Of a stretch of DNA of 64,000 nucleotides, positions 1 to 9,061 are shown one piece after another (the stretch's first letter is position 1; each line of letters starts with the position of its first letter). This DNA comes from an uncultured virus (IMG/VR IMGVR_UViG_3300042558_004670) (taxonomy: Duplodnaviria > Heunggongvirae > Uroviricota > Caudoviricetes). The notes beneath the pieces were generated by a model. That model was not told the origin of the DNA, searched no databases, and saw nothing but the letters and a program-made list of their open reading frames with translations. Both the position numbers and the translations under genes were made by a program. The stretch is from IMG/VR virus record IMGVR_UViG_3300042558_004670; one strand, written 5' to 3'.

Positions 1-1208
1 TCCAATGCCAACTGTACGCCTGTGTCTTCCGAAGCGTAGGCTTCCACGTCATACTCAGATAGGATCGGCCACGCGTATCCACGGTCCTGACCCGATGCGC
101 CTAGATTGCTCCGGAACTTCTTGTTCAACCAAGCTAGTTCCTTGGCAATCTTCTCTGGCGAGGTGTCGCCGCTTCGTGCAGCGCGCTCTGCTGCCAGCGC
201 ATCAGGGTCCCGGAAGAACGATGCGGCCTCAGCAGATTTCCACTTCAGGTTCTTCCCTGTGACCAGTGAGTCCCCCACTGTTGGGTGGGACAACCACGCG
301 TGGAACTTCATCCGGTCGATGCCCTTCAACTTGACCTTCTTGAGGTCACCTTTTGCCGCAACCAGCATATCCCAGAAAGCAGCACGCTGCTCATAGGTCA
401 CCTTTCGAACGGCTTCTTTCTTCTGCTTTGCGTCTTTTACTTCATCCCAACCAGAGTCCCACTCCTGCGCAGCGGACTTGTCCATCACAGACATGTGCAC
501 GTGGTGACCGACCTCATGCAAGAAGACCTCATTGATGAAGCGATCCAGCTGTCTCCCTTTGGAAGGGGGAACCGGTGTCAGAATGACTTCTTTCTGTGCA
601 AGGCGATACAAACCAACGACGTTACTACCCTTGTCGGTCTGCTTTCTAAGTGTCACTTGCGTCAATGAGTCCTTCAGGACTTCTTCGACTCCGCGACTCT
701 TGAACAGATCCACCACATAGTCGATGCTTGATAGCATCGACTTCACGGTGTCCTCTGGGAGGAGTTCCGGGTTGTTGACCCTCAGTCCACGGTGCTCGAA
801 TCGCTCAGTGGAAACTTGTCTCAAGAACGGGTTCAGGGCGATTGTGAACTTCCTCGTCGCTGCAAGGAAGTTCTTCATCCACCTCAAGGGCGGGATGCTG
901 TGCCCAAACGACTCAGGACGGTTGATGGCGTTCAGGAGGTTGCGCGCTGACGTTGCAAGCTCACTCCGGGCATAGTCAAGGTCTTTTCGGCTCTCTTCTG
1001 TCCAGTTTTCCGCAATCCACTGTACAGGTTCACTGTTCAGTACCCGACCACCATTGGAAAGCCCCATGAGGTATGGATTATCAAGCACCAGATCAGCAAC
1101 GGCTTCGTCCTTGTCAGAATTGAAAGCGTTCAATGCTTCCTCACAGAAGGCATTGAACTCTTCAAGTTCCCGCGTATTGAGGGACGCTGTGACCTTGGCT
1201 GCTGGCAT
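1..1208 (-). CDS. Zincin-like metallopeptidase-domain protein (partial, runs off the window start)
   Basis: Not in the ORF track; manual translation from ATG 1208 (MPAAKVTASL...) is open to position 1 and contains VVGLY...EVFLHEVGHHVH (HExxH). Confidence 0.7.
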   Translation of the reverse strand, partial: MPAAKVTASLNTRELEEFNAFCEEALNAFNSDKDEAVADLVLDNPYLMGLSNGGRVLNSEPVQWIAENWTEESRKDLDYARSELATSARNLLNAINRPESFGHSIPPLRWMKNFLAATRKFTIALNPFLRQVSTERFEHRGLRVNNPELLPEDTVKSMLSSIDYVVDLFKSRGVEEVLKDSLTQVTLRKQTDKGSNVVGLYRLAQKEVILTPVPPSKGRQLDRFINEVFLHEVGHHVHMSVMDKSAAQEWDSGWDEVKDAKQKKEAVRKVTYEQRAAFWDMLVAAKGDLKKVKLKGIDRMKFHAWLSHPTVGDSLVTGKNLKWKSAEAASFFRDPDALAAERAARSGDTSPEKIAKELAWLNKKFRSNLGASGQDRGYAWPILSEYDVEAYASEDTGVQLAL

Positions 1209-1240
1209 GCCAGAGGATGCGCGCCAACAACCAAAATAGG

Positions 1241-1399
1241 TCAAACGTCGCTTGGCTTCTTCTGCGGTTTGATGACGATGGCAAGGCCCTTTGTGCGAAG
1301 GAACTCCACAGCACGATCAAAGTCGTAGTCGTGCATGACCAGCGCCTTCTTACAGTCCAGCAAGCCCGCAGATGTCAGCTCTCGCAGGCGCGCAAGCAT
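1241..1399 (-). CDS. Stand-alone EF-Ts N-terminal (UBA-like) domain protein, 52 aa
   Basis: Manual translation [52 protein letters not shown] matches the EF-Ts N-terminal signature LRExTGAGMMDCKKAL...A.E.LR.KG; below the ORF-track length cutoff. Confidence 0.8.
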   Translation of the reverse strand: MLARLRELTSAGLLDCKKALVMHDYDFDRAVEFLRTKGLAIVIKPQKKPSDV

Positions 1400-1422
1400 T
1401 TGTCGTTTCTCTTCTTCAGGAA

Positions 1423-2181
1423 TTACTTGTTCGCAAGGCGGATGAACGTTCCGCCGTTGTTGAATGCCATGTGCTCACCGGGGCGAAGCTGGGTCAGGCG
1501 ACGCAGCAGACCAGCGCCACCCTCCCCATCGCTTTCCCGTTCGCGGTCCGACATGAGCGCTTCGGCCACATCGTATGCCTTTGCTCCGTCAAGCACGCCC
1601 TTCCCAACAAGGAAGGTCTTCCCCAGCATGCCGCGCTTGCGGAGCACATCCGCGCTCTCAATCGAGATGTTGTGGATCGCGGTCTTGTAGGCCAACACCC
1701 GCTCCACAAAGATGTCGACGTCGTCCTTGTGGATCTCGATATCGTGATAGTCAGCGGCGTCAAACTCGGAACCACCGCGACCGCGCAGGCGGATGTCGGC
1801 GGCGAGGCTCAGGCGGTCCTTCTTGGGGAGAAGGTACTCCGACCCGTACTGGGCTTGCATGCCACAACGTTCACGACAAACATCGCCAAACGCGACATAG
1901 TCGCTTTCATCCGCAGTCAGGTCATGGACCTCCTTGCCGTTGCTGTCCACCTGCACCGCTTTCGCTGGGATGGAAGCATTGGCGAAGTGCTTGATCAGGA
2001 ACTCCACTTCCGTTGCGGCAGTGCCCACAGGAACAGGGATGGTCAAGCTCGCAAGCGCTTCCTCAGCGGCGTCAGCATTCATGCCCAACACCGACCCCAA
2101 AAGGCGAACGGACTTGGTGTTGTTCACCATGGACTTGGTGTTGTTCAGAACGGCAGCACTCAGCTTGATCACGACTTGCAT
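1423..2181 (-). CDS. Hypothetical protein
   Basis: ORF 1423..2232; probable start MQVVIK after AAGGAG and a dyad promoter. Confidence 0.65.
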   Translation of the reverse strand: MQVVIKLSAAVLNNTKSMVNNTKSVRLLGSVLGMNADAAEEALASLTIPVPVGTAATEVEFLIKHFANASIPAKAVQVDSNGKEVHDLTADESDYVAFGDVCRERCGMQAQYGSEYLLPKKDRLSLAADIRLRGRGGSEFDAADYHDIEIHKDDVDIFVERVLAYKTAIHNISIESADVLRKRGMLGKTFLVGKGVLDGAKAYDVAEALMSDRERESDGEGGAGLLRRLTQLRPGEHMAFNNGGTFIRLANK

Positions 2182-2228
2182 CACGTACTCCTTGTTACAC
2201 CAACAACGTACACGCGCACAGGAACACG

Positions 2229-2816
2229 TCAAGCCATGTTGACAGATTCCTTCTTCTTGGCGGCAACGCTTTGGTCGTCCTTACCCCAACGGTTGAGGCA
2301 GTACGGGCAGTGGCCTGACCCACCGTAGTTCTCTTCCGCGAGAACTTCCTTCTCCAGCTCATGCAGGAGGTCTTGCACTGCTGGACGATGCTGACCAACG
2401 GAGCAGTTCATATCCATGAAGCCAAGCAGAGCAATGCCTTGCAGGACCCCATATGCGTTCGCCCAGTCGAGGTTGTTGGGTCCTCCGCAATGAGGACCCT
2501 CTTGGTCACGGTTACGCATCGTGTCACGAGCGCTGTGAAGCATTCGCTTGACGAAATCACGAACTTCTTTCTCCTTTTCGGGGGAAAGCTCCGAGTCCAT
2601 CACAGCCGTTGCGGCTTCGATCGCTGCCGCTTTGGTCTTGCGGTACAGGATAGGCGCCTTCTTGACGGCGGGCTTGGAGTCGACAACTGCCCAGTCACGG
2701 ATGTACCCGCTTTCTGTGCGTTGCGCGAGGATGTCAAAACGGTCAGCCACTCGGAAGTGGCTGTCGTTCAACTTCTTGGAGACGACCTTGGCGGGGGTTG
2801 CGGTCAGCTTGGTCAC
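2229..2816 (-). CDS. Hypothetical protein
   Basis: 195 aa ORF, GTG start preceded by AAGGAG. Confidence 0.65.
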   Translation of the reverse strand: MTKLTATPAKVVSKKLNDSHFRVADRFDILAQRTESGYIRDWAVVDSKPAVKKAPILYRKTKAAAIEAATAVMDSELSPEKEKEVRDFVKRMLHSARDTMRNRDQEGPHCGGPNNLDWANAYGVLQGIALLGFMDMNCSVGQHRPAVQDLLHELEKEVLAEENYGGSGHCPYCLNRWGKDDQSVAAKKKESVNMA

Positions 2817-2827
2817 TGGGTGCTCCT

Positions 2828-3073
2828 TCAGACTTCTTTGACAAGGGCAACGATGTCGTTGCTGGACTCTACCCCAAAGTAGATGCGCCCCGTCTCATGC
2901 CACTTCTCTGGTGTGCCGTCAGGGTACTTCCCGTGGGCGTTGAAGCCAACGAGACCTCCTTTGCACGTCTCAACCACGACCTCTTCACCACCGCGCGTGC
3001 GGTAGACGCCGGGAGCGGCGATGACAACGGGAAGCGGGAGGAAGTCAAGGAAGTACGTGACAGGGCTCAGCAT
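2828..3073 (-). CDS. Hypothetical protein
   Basis: Start re-called at MLSPVTY after GGAGAACGCCATG. Confidence 0.6.
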   Translation of the reverse strand: MLSPVTYFLDFLPLPVVIAAPGVYRTRGGEEVVVETCKGGLVGFNAHGKYPDGTPEKWHETGRIYFGVESSNDIVALVKEV

Positions 3074-3163
3074 GGCGTTCTCCGTTGGTGACAAGCTGAT
3101 TCTACACACCGGTTTTGATCTGTCAAGCTTGATTGACAATCTATCAACGGATCAAGCGATTGG

Positions 3164-3619
3164 CTACTTCTGGTAGCGGTGGCGGTCACGCCAGACATGG
3201 AATTCTTTTCGGTAGAACGTCTGCTCCCAGTTCTGGCACTCGAACCACAGCAAGGCGTCATCGATCAGAAACGGTTCCACACCAGAGGATATGGCCGACG
3301 CGAAGTCATGGTACTCCCTGTACGTGCGCACAATGGGGATACCTGTGAGGCGAGACAGTTCGTCGATATCTGTGTGGGTTGGGTCAACGGCGATGCACAG
3401 ATATGGGTGTGGGCTCTTCAGGAAGGACACCAGCGCAGGCGGTGGCGTCTTTGACACCAGATGCCACTCCCGGTTCTTGAACTCGACGTAACCGTCCTTC
3501 TTCAGCCACTGAAGGTCTTTGTTCACGCCCTTCCCATGGGCTCCCTCCAAGTCACGACGCGTCGCTGGCCCTCGCGTCAATGTTTCAATGATCTCAGAGT
3601 TTGACGCCATATCTGTCAC
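3164..3619 (-). CDS. Hypothetical protein, possible N-terminal winged HTH
   Basis: GPATRRDL...VNKDLQWLKKDGYV pattern; tiles with neighbours. Confidence 0.5.
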   Translation of the reverse strand: MTDMASNSEIIETLTRGPATRRDLEGAHGKGVNKDLQWLKKDGYVEFKNREWHLVSKTPPPALVSFLKSPHPYLCIAVDPTHTDIDELSRLTGIPIVRTYREYHDFASAISSGVEPFLIDDALLWFECQNWEQTFYRKEFHVWRDRHRYQK

Positions 3620-4104
3620 CAGTGGAGTGTTGCTGTTGGCCCAACGTAGACGTGAAAAGGCTCCTGCCAGTCATCAGGCGACACCAGCGTTTCCACGATG
3701 ACCTCACACCTGTCCACGTCCTTGTACAGGGACCAGACAGCATCGTGGCCGTAGAAACGCTCCAACGCGGAGGGTGGCACTTCTACCTTGAGAGCGGCTT
3801 TCAACGCGTGGAACAGGTCAAGTCTGTCTGGGTTACCGTCGACCATCTCACGTATCATCGACATCCAAGCAGGCTTTTCTGTGTGGACAACTACAGACTC
3901 TCCTCCCTGAGAGACCGCAGCAAGGCGTGCTTGTGCGCGCATGACACCGTCGTTCATCAAACGAAGGTGGTCGTACTTTTCCTTGACCTCAGATGGCTTG
4001 GCCCGACGAAGGTTGCGGTACGCAGCTGCTGCAATGTCCCGATACCGGACAGCTGCTGCCAGATCCGCACGGGCGGAGATCACTTCTTTGGTGGTGATGT
4101 TCAC
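3616..4104 (-). CDS. Hypothetical protein
   Basis: 162 aa ORF with 4-nt overlaps to neighbours. Confidence 0.6.
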   Translation of the reverse strand: MNITTKEVISARADLAAAVRYRDIAAAAYRNLRRAKPSEVKEKYDHLRLMNDGVMRAQARLAAVSQGGESVVVHTEKPAWMSMIREMVDGNPDRLDLFHALKAALKVEVPPSALERFYGHDAVWSLYKDVDRCEVIVETLVSPDDWQEPFHVYVGPTATLHW

Positions 4105-4364
4105 GCTTTCTTCTCCACTGTGGTCAAGGCAAGGTACAGAAGGCGGTCCGCGACAGCATCACGAAGTTCCGCATCGGTCATGACGCCAGCGGCTTCTGCG
4201 CGGGCGTGGACCTCTTCCGAGGTCAAGAGGTTGCGGGCTTCTTTCTCCCACGTGGCCTCACGGTCGTCAAACAACCATGCCTTCACCATGGGGACCTTGG
4301 TGCGCTCAGAAGCAGCGCGAACGACGTCACGGACTTCTGCGGGGGAGGGCTTGGCGAACGGCAT
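4101..4364 (-). CDS. Hypothetical protein
   Basis: 87 aa ORF in operon. Confidence 0.6.
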   Translation of the reverse strand: MPFAKPSPAEVRDVVRAASERTKVPMVKAWLFDDREATWEKEARNLLTSEEVHARAEAAGVMTDAELRDAVADRLLYLALTTVEKKA

Positions 4365-4385
4365 GGTCGTGTCCTTGGTGGGTGG

Positions 4386-4652
4386 TCAAACACCATCATT
4401 GAAGATCTGCGCAGCACGCTCTTCAGTCTGGGCGAAGATCTTCTCGTGGGGGAAGTGACTGTCGATAACGACGAAGCGGAGTACCAGTGCTTCTGGCACG
4501 AAAAACACAGACTTGCTCCCGATGGTAATGGCGCGTCGCACAGCAGTCTTTCGGCCATCATCGCGGATGAGGTTCCCCAGATCGAGTTCTTCATCGTTGG
4601 GTGAGGACTTGACGGCGTCAGCGATGTCTTGTGCGGTGATCTTAATCGTCAT
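4386..4652 (-). CDS. Hypothetical protein
   Basis: 88 aa ORF, AGGAG RBS. Confidence 0.6.
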   Translation of the reverse strand: MTIKITAQDIADAVKSSPNDEELDLGNLIRDDGRKTAVRRAITIGSKSVFFVPEALVLRFVVIDSHFPHEKIFAQTEERAAQIFNDGV

Positions 4653-4682
4653 TTGAATGCTCCTGAATCTTGAAAGAGGCGT

Positions 4683-5036
4683 TCACTCAGCCCACGAGCC
4701 AACGGGACCCTTGTGGTCCTTGCAGCAGATGTCACCGCAGTTGTACTGGTGGCGCGAGAGACCGTGGGCCATACGCACGTCACCGTGGTGCTGCGAAGCG
4801 AAGTAGGAGAAGTCGCGAACCATGTCCCAGTATTCGCTGGGGTAGGAGAGCATCGAATTCGCACGCGAGTTCGCTTCCTTCTCCATGGCCGCGCGGAGGA
4901 TCTTGCGGAGGTCATCGCTCGCCTCGACACTCACTGCGTTGGCGCGGATGAAGGCCTTGCCTGCTTCGCACTTGCCGTTGTAGCCGAGGTTGGGGTTGGC
5001 TTTGGCGGCGGCGAGGACAGCGTTCAAGTTCGACAT
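4683..5036 (-). CDS. Hypothetical protein
   Basis: Start re-called at MSNLNAV after GGAGAACGCCATG and a dyad promoter. Confidence 0.6.
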   Translation of the reverse strand: MSNLNAVLAAAKANPNLGYNGKCEAGKAFIRANAVSVEASDDLRKILRAAMEKEANSRANSMLSYPSEYWDMVRDFSYFASQHHGDVRMAHGLSRHQYNCGDICCKDHKGPVGSWAE

Positions 5037-5139
5037 GGCGTTCTCCGTTGGTGACAAGCACACAATACACGCACCAGTGCGTGCGTCAAGTGTGATTGAC
5101 AAGTTACCGGCTAGAAGATCCAGATCAGGTGAGCCCCAG

Positions 5140-5379
5140 TTACAGAGACTCCTCAACCTTGGTGATCTCATCCTCTTGGACCATGCCATGGACGGTGAAG
5201 TAGACAATCCTTGACGGCCCCGCTGGCTGGAAAGTCGCCCTCTGTTCCTTGGTTGAGTTCCAGTCGTCGTGAAGGTTCTCCACCGTCATCCGCGTGAGGA
5301 CTGGGGCGCTGTGGGGCTTGTCGTTGCGCACATAGTGGATGATGTAACCGAGCTGAACTGCGTCCGAAGTTTTCGACAT
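5140..5379 (-). CDS. Hypothetical protein
   Basis: 79 aa ORF, AGGAG RBS. Confidence 0.55.
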   Translation of the reverse strand: MSKTSDAVQLGYIIHYVRNDKPHSAPVLTRMTVENLHDDWNSTKEQRATFQPAGPSRIVYFTVHGMVQEDEITKVEESL

Positions 5380-5425
5380 GGGATTCTCCTGAGTGACTGA
5401 TTGTCAGCATTTTCGATGGGGCGAG

Positions 5426-5818
5426 TCAGCCGTTCCAGCCGGACCCGTGGTTTTGCCCACCACAAGCACAGTCGCAAACATGACCTTTGCTGTTCACGCA
5501 GCGAGCGTCACATTTGTGCTCGCGATTGAAAGTACCCTTGACCGGGCTGAGGCGAACTTCATTGTCGCAACAAAAGAACACCGGAACGCCGTTGCACACG
5601 GGAAGCCAGTTGTCTTGGCCCGTCAGCATGACGTTACCAGCGGAGACGCCCTTATAGCTCAGGCGCTCTTCTGCTCCGATATCGAAAACGTACACCTCAG
5701 ACCCGATGCGAAGGCCAACCGAGTGTCGGCGCTTGCAGCGAGTGCAACAGCCATTGAAGCGACGGATGACACGCTTAGGCTTGATGACAACTTCAGCGCT
5801 GGCAACTTCGATGTTCAT
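5426..5818 (-). CDS. Cys-rich putative Zn-binding protein (paralogue of 10794..11192)
   Basis: C-terminal CDARCVNSKGHVCDCACGGQNHG. Confidence 0.6.
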   Translation of the reverse strand: MNIEVASAEVVIKPKRVIRRFNGCCTRCKRRHSVGLRIGSEVYVFDIGAEERLSYKGVSAGNVMLTGQDNWLPVCNGVPVFFCCDNEVRLSPVKGTFNREHKCDARCVNSKGHVCDCACGGQNHGSGWNG

Positions 5819-5886
5819 GGCAACCTCTTCCTGCACAGCATACGCAAGCAGCGTATGCTGTCAAGCTTGGTTGACGGCGCCAGATC

Positions 5887-6318
5887 TCAGATCTCGTCTG
5901 CCCGCTTCACGAGAAGAATGCCGCTTTTCATGTCTTCTTCCGTCAGTTGGTCACCAACGTTGAGCACCCGTTGTGTGAACGGCGACCGAATGGAGAATCC
6001 GTCGTTGAGTAGCGCTGTCCCTGCTTCCTTAAGCAGGCCAACCGAGGTGATGTCTGCGGGTGCGATCGACACCGGCCACACCTTGAACCCAGACTTCTTT
6101 GCCGTGATCCCGTTTCTGGCAACACCAAGACTCCCGTGTTGCGACTTCGGTCCGTGCTGCGCCAGCCCAACACGTGCTCGCTTCAGGGCACCCATGACCT
6201 CTTGTGGCAACACCGGCGCACCACTAGCACTCAGCTTGCGCTGTCTACCTGTGGCCACAAGCGTAGCGGCAAGCTGACGGAGTTGTTGAGCAAGCTGGAG
6301 CTGTTTGTTGGTACTCAT
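5887..6318 (-). CDS. Hypothetical protein
   Basis: ORF 5887..6348, probable start MSTNKQ. Confidence 0.5.
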   Translation of the reverse strand: MSTNKQLQLAQQLRQLAATLVATGRQRKLSASGAPVLPQEVMGALKRARVGLAQHGPKSQHGSLGVARNGITAKKSGFKVWPVSIAPADITSVGLLKEAGTALLNDGFSIRSPFTQRVLNVGDQLTEEDMKSGILLVKRADEI

Positions 6319-6344
6319 ATCGTAGTATTGAAAAGATTCTTGCT

Positions 6345-6560
6345 TCACACCGGCTTGTAGTGAAGCACATCAAGGATGTCCCCACTGATTGATACGATCG
6401 ATTCCCGCACCAACTCCACGGCCATGCAGACACGCGTGTTGACCATGATCTGGTCACCCGGATTGACCGTCAGGTTGCGACTTGACTTGATTCCTGTGAC
6501 GAATGAGCCATCCCCAACGGGGAAGGTGTCTTCGTTGTCCCCAGTCACAATATCCTTCAT
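6345..6560 (-). CDS. Hypothetical protein
   Basis: 71 aa, ATGA overlap with the upstream gene. Confidence 0.5.
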   Translation of the reverse strand: MKDIVTGDNEDTFPVGDGSFVTGIKSSRNLTVNPGDQIMVNTRVCMAVELVRESIVSISGDILDVLHYKPV

Positions 6561-6853
6561 GGCTTGTCCTTTTGAACCACTGATATCTTTTTCAGTGGGT
6601 TGCCGTTGTTGAGGTTGATAGTGGTTGCCGAGAGCCGGTTGACGTGCTGCGCGTAGAGCACCACAGACTTCCCTGACCGGAAACCGTTCAGGAACTTCAG
6701 GGTGACGCGGACACTATGCGAGTAGTCCTGCCCCAAGGGCTCAACACCCGTGACGACAGCAGTCACGCCACGGGCGATGTCCAGCGCCTTGCATCCCTTG
6801 TCGATCATGACGCGGGACCCAATGGACAGGCTTTTATCGGGTGCTGTTTCCAC
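6557..6853 (-). CDS. Hypothetical protein (SH3-like beta fold possible)
   Basis: GTG start after AAGGAG, downstream of the dyad promoter at 6902. Confidence 0.55.
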   Translation of the reverse strand: METAPDKSLSIGSRVMIDKGCKALDIARGVTAVVTGVEPLGQDYSHSVRVTLKFLNGFRSGKSVVLYAQHVNRLSATTINLNNGNPLKKISVVQKDKP

Positions 6854-6901
6854 GGCGCGCTCCTTGTTACGAAAGGAGAAGTACACACTCTGGGAAGATA
6901 C

Positions 6902-6940
6902 GTCAAGGTGAGTTGACGGTAAGATCCAAGCGTGTATGGT
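6902..6940. promoter_or_regulatory. Bidirectional dyad promoter GTCAA-N6-TTGAC
   Basis: + strand TTGACG-N16-TATGGT-N6-ATG(6947); - strand TTGACG-N17-TACTTC. Confidence 0.65.
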
Positions 6941-6946
6941 CTGCTC

Positions 6947-7216
6947 ATGGCGAAGATTGATTTCTCCCTCGCGACCACCAACGATGAGTGCAGCAACGAC
7001 GCTGAGGACTTCAGTTCGTTTGTGGACGACGTCTGTGAACTCCTCCCTGACCATGTGTCCGTGTCGGTGGACGTGATTGACGACTGGCATCGTTCAACCA
7101 ATGCTTGCCAGTCGCAGCGACACCAGAACGTCTTTATGGCTCTTTGGGATGCTTACGTTACCAACCGCAATACTGAGGAAGCAGCCACCCTCGTTTGCAC
7201 CGTGATTGGAGTTTGA
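6947..7216 (+). CDS. Hypothetical protein (leaderless)
   Basis: ATG 6 nt after the -10 box; MAKIDFSL... Confidence 0.55.
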   Translation: MAKIDFSLATTNDECSNDAEDFSSFVDDVCELLPDHVSVSVDVIDDWHRSTNACQSQRHQNVFMALWDAYVTNRNTEEAATLVCTVIGV

Positions 7217-7217
7217 T

Positions 7218-7541
7218 ATGGCGATCCGCTACTACGATACACCAGAACAGGCATTCTCCGACATGGATGCGGCGCAACGCGAGGCCGATGCGGCGGTGAC
7301 ACCGTGGCAAGCTGCCCTGAAGGCAGGCGATGTCTTCTTGTACCACGGCCAGCGCGGGGTGGTTCTAGACCTTGCTACCATGGCTGGGGATGATGAGGAG
7401 ATGCAAGAAGAGGCGGAGGTTTACCGTGAACCGCACATGGTGAATTACCGCTTCGCGCGCATTGACGACCCTGTCATGCCCAACGGGCGGCTGACGGATG
7501 TACACGTCAGCCAATGTTTCCCGTATCGAGCGGACAGTTAG
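7218..7541 (+). CDS. Hypothetical protein
   Basis: MAIRYYDTPE..., GGAG upstream. Confidence 0.6.
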   Translation: MAIRYYDTPEQAFSDMDAAQREADAAVTPWQAALKAGDVFLYHGQRGVVLDLATMAGDDEEMQEEAEVYREPHMVNYRFARIDDPVMPNGRLTDVHVSQCFPYRADS

Positions 7542-8416
7542 CGCTTTGGCGCTTCCGCGTTCGGGAACAGACGCTCTTGGGAGTCACGCAGGAACTCCCA
7601 AGCCGCTTTGTCTCCGTCGTCAACTTGCTTTTCGAACTCGCGGTGGTCCATGTCGAAGTCCAATGCATCCACATCTGTTTTGATGTTGACGACATCCGCG
7701 TAGCGCTTGCTGCTAACATGGCCGTTGGTGGCGGCACGCAGCCAAATGCGAACCAGCTTCAGGATCAAGCCAACAAACCCAGTCACCTTCTTCTTTGGTG
7801 GTGGGACATCGGCAATCCGGATTCCGATCGTTGGTACTTCACTGGGCTCACCGTTGATCTGTGTGTCACAAGCCGACATACCGAAGTTCACAGTCAACCC
7901 GCCGTCGGAGCACAAACCAACACCCGGCACTGGGTGCAGTTTGAACGCGAAGGTCAACGCAGCCGTGGCACGAAGCGCGTCTGCGGTCTTGACGTTGGGT
8001 GTTCCCCACGACGACAGGAGCACTGTTTCTTCGGTGTCCGTGTTCACTACGTAGACACCCCATGGGATCTTTGCCTCACCCATGGTTCCGGGAAACTCTT
8101 GCTTCAGTGCTTTGTAGAGGACATCCCCGTTGAAGAATCCGGCACGTGTTGGTGGCCACCAGCTGAGGTCAAGTAGCTTCCACTTTGTCAGCAATCGCTT
8201 GAGCAGGGCAAAACCATCGTCAAAGCTCTTACCATGAGCAACCCATGCGATAGCAATACCACCACCGGATGTGCCAATCAGGCGGTTGATGGGGATTCCA
8301 AGGCTCAGGAAGAGGGTGACCAGCGTGCGCAAGCAGGAAAGCGTCGCCACAAGCAACGCCCCTGTACCGCTCGCAACGATGTCAACGCCGTTTTGGTTCT
8401 CTGGTGCTTTAATCAT
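7538..8416 (-). CDS. Patatin-like phospholipase
   Basis: ASGTG (glycine-rich loop), GTSGG (GxSxG nucleophile), SDGG (DGG). Confidence 0.8.
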   Translation of the reverse strand: MIKAPENQNGVDIVASGTGALLVATLSCLRTLVTLFLSLGIPINRLIGTSGGGIAIAWVAHGKSFDDGFALLKRLLTKWKLLDLSWWPPTRAGFFNGDVLYKALKQEFPGTMGEAKIPWGVYVVNTDTEETVLLSSWGTPNVKTADALRATAALTFAFKLHPVPGVGLCSDGGLTVNFGMSACDTQINGEPSEVPTIGIRIADVPPPKKKVTGFVGLILKLVRIWLRAATNGHVSSKRYADVVNIKTDVDALDFDMDHREFEKQVDDGDKAAWEFLRDSQERLFPNAEAPKR

Positions 8417-8430
8417 GCACTAGAGTGTGG

Positions 8431-8745
8431 TCAGTCGTCGTTTCCATCCTCTTCTTCATACTCATCTTCTTCTTCGTCTTCTTTGTGCCAGTCTTCTTCC
8501 TCGTCTTCCTCGTCTTCGTCAGGATCGGCCAGCGGGTTACCCTCCTCATCGTGAGTGACACCAATGACACCACCAGCGGCGATGACACGCTCCAGACCGT
8601 CAGCAACCCGCTTCTTGTGGGCAGCCACAAAGGCTTGCTTGGTGGCGTACTCTGGGGTTCCGGGGGTGTCTTCCGCTGTCAGCTGTGCCAGCCGCTCCTT
8701 GCGGTCAATCTCAAAGATGTCGTCGAGGGTCAAACGTTCAGGCAT
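8431..8745 (-). CDS. Small protein with highly acidic C-terminal tail
   Basis: MPERLTLDD...DEDEEDEEEDW; AAGGAG RBS. Confidence 0.6.
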   Translation of the reverse strand: MPERLTLDDIFEIDRKERLAQLTAEDTPGTPEYATKQAFVAAHKKRVADGLERVIAAGGVIGVTHDEEGNPLADPDEDEEDEEEDWHKEDEEEDEYEEEDGNDD

Positions 8746-8808
8746 GGTGTCTCCTTCTTTCCAGATCACTCTACTCACAGCACCACGTGTGTCAAGCGCT
8801 GTTGACGG

Positions 8809-9015
8809 TTACCGTCGTCGACGGGCAACGATGTGGTCACCACGGGCGACGAAGTTCGCAATTTCTTGCGAGAGGTTTGGGTGGTTGAAGCGAAGCAACT
8901 CTCGCAAAGATGCGAGGCTCACTGCCCGTGCATCCGTCTCCGACCAACCGAGGGCTTTCGCTGCCCGGTCTCTGAGGTTTTCCACACCGTCGTTCTGGTA
9001 GGTATCGTTTGCCAT
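8809..9015 (-). CDS. Hypothetical protein (leaderless)
   Basis: TTGACG-N16-TATTGT-N6-ATG. Confidence 0.6.
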   Translation of the reverse strand: MANDTYQNDGVENLRDRAAKALGWSETDARAVSLASLRELLRFNHPNLSQEIANFVARGDHIVARRRR

Positions 9016-9061
9016 GACCGCACAATACCCACTGCACGTCAGGCGTCAAGCGCTCTTTACG

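Noticed and set aside
2110..2147. 17-bp direct repeat with a 21-nt period (NNTKS twice)
   Set aside because: A single in-frame micro-duplication inside a CDS; no sign of function.
1372..2328. Long plus-strand ORF of 318 aa (and similar shadow ORFs such as 61684..62532, 40225..41436 and the 56351..57247 extension)
   Set aside because: Antisense shadows of real genes in GC-rich DNA; no RBS or motifs.
8431..8530. Low-complexity TCTTC/TCG repeats (also 62280-62410)
   Set aside because: Explained by Asp/Glu-rich protein tails on the minus strand.
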